Source: Candidatus Bathyarchaeota archaeon
GTDB taxonomy: Archaea; Thermoproteota; Bathyarchaeia; Bathyarchaeales; Bathycorpusculaceae
Assembly (NCBI GenBank): GCA_963827165.1
Contig: CAWGZR010000010.1
Location: 288,001-352,000 of the forward strand
Length of the DNA: 64,000 nt
Reading direction: 5' to 3'
The notes beneath the pieces were generated by a model. That model made no database searches. It saw only the letters and a list, made by a program, of their open reading frames with translations, and was not told where the DNA came from. Both the position numbers and the translations under genes were made by a program. How positions within the stretch are numbered: position 1 is the stretch's first letter; every line of letters starts with the position of its first letter. Below, piece by piece: positions 61,085 through 64,000 of the stretch.

Positions 61085-62515
61085 TTAGACTTTTCCTTTT
61101 AGGAGCAGCCAAGCGTTGTCTTCTTTAGCGTTTTTAAGCCGCACCAAAATGTAGCGACCCTTCATCTTTTGCCCGTTGAGGGTGACTTCGATTTTTTCTT
61201 TTTCCCAAAGTTTAGGTTCAAAATAGCCTTTGTCCCATATTTGGACTGTTCCAGCGCCATATTGCCCTTTGGGAATTGTGCCTTCGAAGCGCGCGTAATC
61301 GTAAGGGTGGTCTTCAGTCTGCACCGCCAGACGACGTTCACCGCTGATCATTGGGATGCCTTTGGGTACAGCCCAGCTCTTCAGAACTCCGCCGCTTTCC
61401 AGCCTTAGGTCATAATGGAGTGCTCTTGCATGATGTTCCTGGACAACGAAAATTAGTTTCCCTTCTTCTTTTTTCTCGTCACCTGTCGGCTCAGGTGTCT
61501 CTTCAAAATGACGTTTTGCCGAATACTCAGAAAGTTTTTCGTCGGATGCTGCGCATTTTGTGTTTTCCGTTATTTGGTCAAGCGAGCATTGTTTGGGGTC
61601 TTTATCCTCTCTTAAACTTTTGAAACGTGGCATTCTTAACCTCATCTCTCTTGTCACACATTGATAGATGACTTCGCACACAAAATGAGGCTCAAGCCAA
61701 GTCACCCTATCCGCCATTTCAACTGCAAACGGAGCAGCGGAAACGGTTTTGAGTTTTTCAAACTTATCTATCAACTCTTTAAGCATATCATCGCTGAACC
61801 CAGTTCCGACGTTACCTACATAAACTGGTTTACCATCTGCGCCATAGAGACCGAGTACCAAAGAGCCGAAGGTTTTTTCTCTGGATTTTTCTCCTCGTCG
61901 GTAACCAAAAACAACGCAGTCACAGGTTTTCAGCTCCTTGATTTTTAGCCAACTTCCGGTTCGCAAGCCTTCCTCGTATTGGCTATCTTTTCTCTTCGCC
62001 ATTACACCTTCCAAACCTTTGTCCACAACCAGTCGGAAGTAGGCTTCCCCTTTTTCCTCGATGAAGTCAGACAACAAAACGTTTCTTCCTTCGACGAGAG
62101 ATTCCTGCAAGATTTTTTTGCGTTCCAAAAGCGGCAACTTCGTGAGAGGTTTCCCGTCTTTCTCAATCACGTCAAAAACGATGTAAGTTGCTGGTTCCTG
62201 TTCCTGTCGCCGCTCGATTTCTTTCTGTGAAACTGCTTTGCCGCGCTCCAGCAACGCTTGGAAGTCGGGTTTTCCCTCATGCATCACCACGATTTCGCCG
62301 TCAACCACTAGGTTCCTACCTAAATGTGTGAGTTCTTCGAGTTCAGGAAAGTTGTATTTTAGTTCCTTTTCGTTACGACTCTTCACACTTAAGCTTTGGT
62401 TGATGTAGCTGATGGCTCGAAACCCGTCCCATTTTATTTCGAAAACCCAATCTTTATCTGAGAAGGCGCCCGGGGCGTCTTTTGCAAGCATTGGCCGGTA
62501 GACGTGGCCGCTCAT
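61085..62515 (-). CDS. ligD: NHEJ ATP-dependent DNA ligase fused to C-terminal 3'-phosphoesterase (LigD-type LIG-PE)
   Basis: EIKWDGFR, DGEIV, FDV, EGVMAK, WLKIK; PE: Y.AKR.F.ETPEP, QEHHARALHYDLRLE, SWAVPKG, EDHP. Confidence 0.93.
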   Translation of the reverse strand: MSGHVYRPMLAKDAPGAFSDKDWVFEIKWDGFRAISYINQSLSVKSRNEKELKYNFPELEELTHLGRNLVVDGEIVVMHEGKPDFQALLERGKAVSQKEIERRQEQEPATYIVFDVIEKDGKPLTKLPLLERKKILQESLVEGRNVLLSDFIEEKGEAYFRLVVDKGLEGVMAKRKDSQYEEGLRTGSWLKIKELKTCDCVVFGYRRGEKSREKTFGSLVLGLYGADGKPVYVGNVGTGFSDDMLKELIDKFEKLKTVSAAPFAVEMADRVTWLEPHFVCEVIYQCVTREMRLRMPRFKSLREDKDPKQCSLDQITENTKCAASDEKLSEYSAKRHFEETPEPTGDEKKEEGKLIFVVQEHHARALHYDLRLESGGVLKSWAVPKGIPMISGERRLAVQTEDHPYDYARFEGTIPKGQYGAGTVQIWDKGYFEPKLWEKEKIEVTLNGQKMKGRYILVRLKNAKEDNAWLLLKGKV

Positions 62516-63373
62516 TTCTTTTCCAGCTGCTTAACCGTCTCACGCAATGCAACCATCAAGCTTTTAGCTTCGACTTCCTGAGGCTTTTCGATATGGATTT
62601 TTTCGCCTTTCACTTTCTGGGCGATTAATTCTTCAATCCGTTTCATGTATGAGTCCTGGAACTCTGCGATGTTGAATTCGCCTGAGAGTTCACTTACGAT
62701 TTTTATCGCCATGTCTAATTCTGCTTTTTCGGGTTCCTTAAGCTTATGAAGGTCCTCGAAGTCCTTGGGATCAACAACATCGTAGGCATAACGGAGTGTT
62801 GTGATTACGAGCGCGCCCTGGTAGGCGTGGAGCAGAGCAGGGGTATTCTTTTGTCCGCAGAGTTATTCGTCCCGCGCCAGCCTTGTTTTTCTTTTCGAGC
62901 GCCCGCAAAAGAAGCGTGTAGGCTTCTTTGCTTTTCTTTGGCAGAAGAGCATAGCTTTTGTCGAAGTAGATTGGGTCAACTGAGAAGTAGTCTACGAATT
63001 TGCTGATTCGGATTCGGTTGTCTGATTCGGGTTTAGCTGCGTCTAATTCGGCTTTGTCAAGGGTTATCCACTCATCTTTAGAGACCTCGTAGCCTCGGAT
63101 AACCTCGTTCCAGGGGACAATTTTGTCGTCTTTCGTGCACATTTTAACGTATTTGAGGGGTTGACCATCGGTTTTATGGAGAAAATGAAACGCTATGCCT
63201 TTGTCGTATATCATCGAGTATAACTGAACAGGAACGTTAACCAAACCAATTGTTATGCTGCCCGACCAGATGGATCTTCTCGGAGCCGCAGCGCTGACTT
63301 TCCCAATTGATTTCTCATCCATTTCAGAAGTGGCTTCATCAACATCATCTTTTTCTTGATTTTCCTGTGCCAT
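62512..63373 (-). CDS. ku: NHEJ protein Ku, one +1 frameshift in the G4 run at 62840-62843
   Basis: RSIWSGSITIGLVNVPV, DPIYFDKSY; removing one base gives TKEYPALLHAYQGALVITTLRY...AELDMAIKIV, joining ORF 62512..62712. Confidence 0.92.
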
Positions 63374-63375
63374 AC

Positions 63376-64000
63376 CTAAATCTCCAGATTACACTTTTTC
63401 TCAAAAATATTTTTCCACGGATCTTCTTTCCGTTTGACTACATTAAAAATATTGTAGTCGGAGGGGTTTATGCCTTTCTTAACTTCGCTCCATTCCAAAG
63501 GCGTCGAAACCGTGGCTTCAGGTGTCGGTCGCAGACTGTAAGGAACAACCATCGTACGCATAGGTGAATTCTGTAGGTAATCAGCGAAAACTTTGCCTGG
63601 TTTTTTTGTGTCTTTGAATTCGGAAACTACTATCTCGTTTTCCCTGGCCAATTCGATTCCGATTTCGTGGACGAAAGCCCTTGCTTCCTTGAAGTCATGT
63701 TCGGGAACAATCGGGATGACGACATGGAGCCCTTTTTTGCCTGAGGTTTTTACGAATGGCGTTAGCCCTAAGTCAATAAGTTTGTCTTTGAGCTGCAGCG
63801 AAACCTCCGCTGCGTCGCTAAGAGTTGCCGGGGGCTCGGGGTCAACGTCGAAAAACAGCATATCAGGCTTATCTAAATCATCGATCATCGAGAAAGGCAT
63901 ATGAATTTCCAGTGTCGCTAAGTTTGCGAGCCAGATTAACGTGTCTAAATCGTTGCATACAATGTAGTGAACATCTCGTTTCGACGCTGAAGAGTAAATG
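63376..64000 (-). CDS. NHEJ primase-polymerase (LigD PolDom), 5' end outside window
   Basis: LIWLANLATLEIH, FFDVDP, KTSGKKGLH, VFADYLQN, PYSLRP, VSTPLEW. Confidence 0.93.
   Translation of the reverse strand, partial: IYSSASKRDVHYIVCNDLDTLIWLANLATLEIHMPFSMIDDLDKPDMLFFDVDPEPPATLSDAAEVSLQLKDKLIDLGLTPFVKTSGKKGLHVVIPIVPEHDFKEARAFVHEIGIELARENEIVVSEFKDTKKPGKVFADYLQNSPMRTMVVPYSLRPTPEATVSTPLEWSEVKKGINPSDYNIFNVVKRKEDPWKNIFEKKCNLEI

Noticed and set aside
62835-62850. Programmed frameshift or phase variation in ku
   Set aside because: The run is only 4 nt with no evident slippery heptamer, and it matches the regional pattern of +1 errors
4015-63904. Numerous 60-190 aa ORFs overlapping long genes
   Set aside because: Shadow ORFs, antisense or off-frame to well-supported genes, with no motifs

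Overview
Archaeal chromosomal window, most likely Bathyarchaeia (inferred from gene content, not verified). From left to right: (1) an intron-containing tRNA-Leu(TAA), a USP, a TIR-domain protein lacking its catalytic Glu, a decayed tRNA and an MgtA ATPase; (2) the ribosomal cluster rps19e-PDCD5-rpl39e-rpl31e, separated from its usual upstream partners rpp21-yhbY by about 23 kb; (3) within that interval, an intact bioenergetic island with polyprenyl synthase, a GlcD-like FAD oxidoreductase, citrate synthase, a rubredoxin-fused alpha-hydroxy-acid oxidase coupled to anchorless SdhAB, ComA-like, PrpD, SucCD, a Rieske/cytochrome b/cupredoxin operon, a MenG-like methyltransferase and MenA; (4) a roughly 27 kb glycosylation locus (rfbACBD, flippase, ugd, galU, uxs, methyltransferases, GTs) containing a PIN/UPF0175 toxin-antitoxin pair and an IS inserted in a perfect palindrome; (5) an 11 x 10-bp tandem array and an NHEJ operon (PolDom-Ku-Lig/PE-DUF72). 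The best candidate for an undescribed system is the remodelled Rieske/cytb complex: a cytochrome b5 domain precedes the Tat-Rieske, one heme-ligand His of cytochrome b is replaced by Lys, and a cupredoxin stands in for cytochrome c1. Many single-base frameshifts occur after about 39.6 kb and look like sequencing errors. All calls come from motif recognition by eye; no searches were run.
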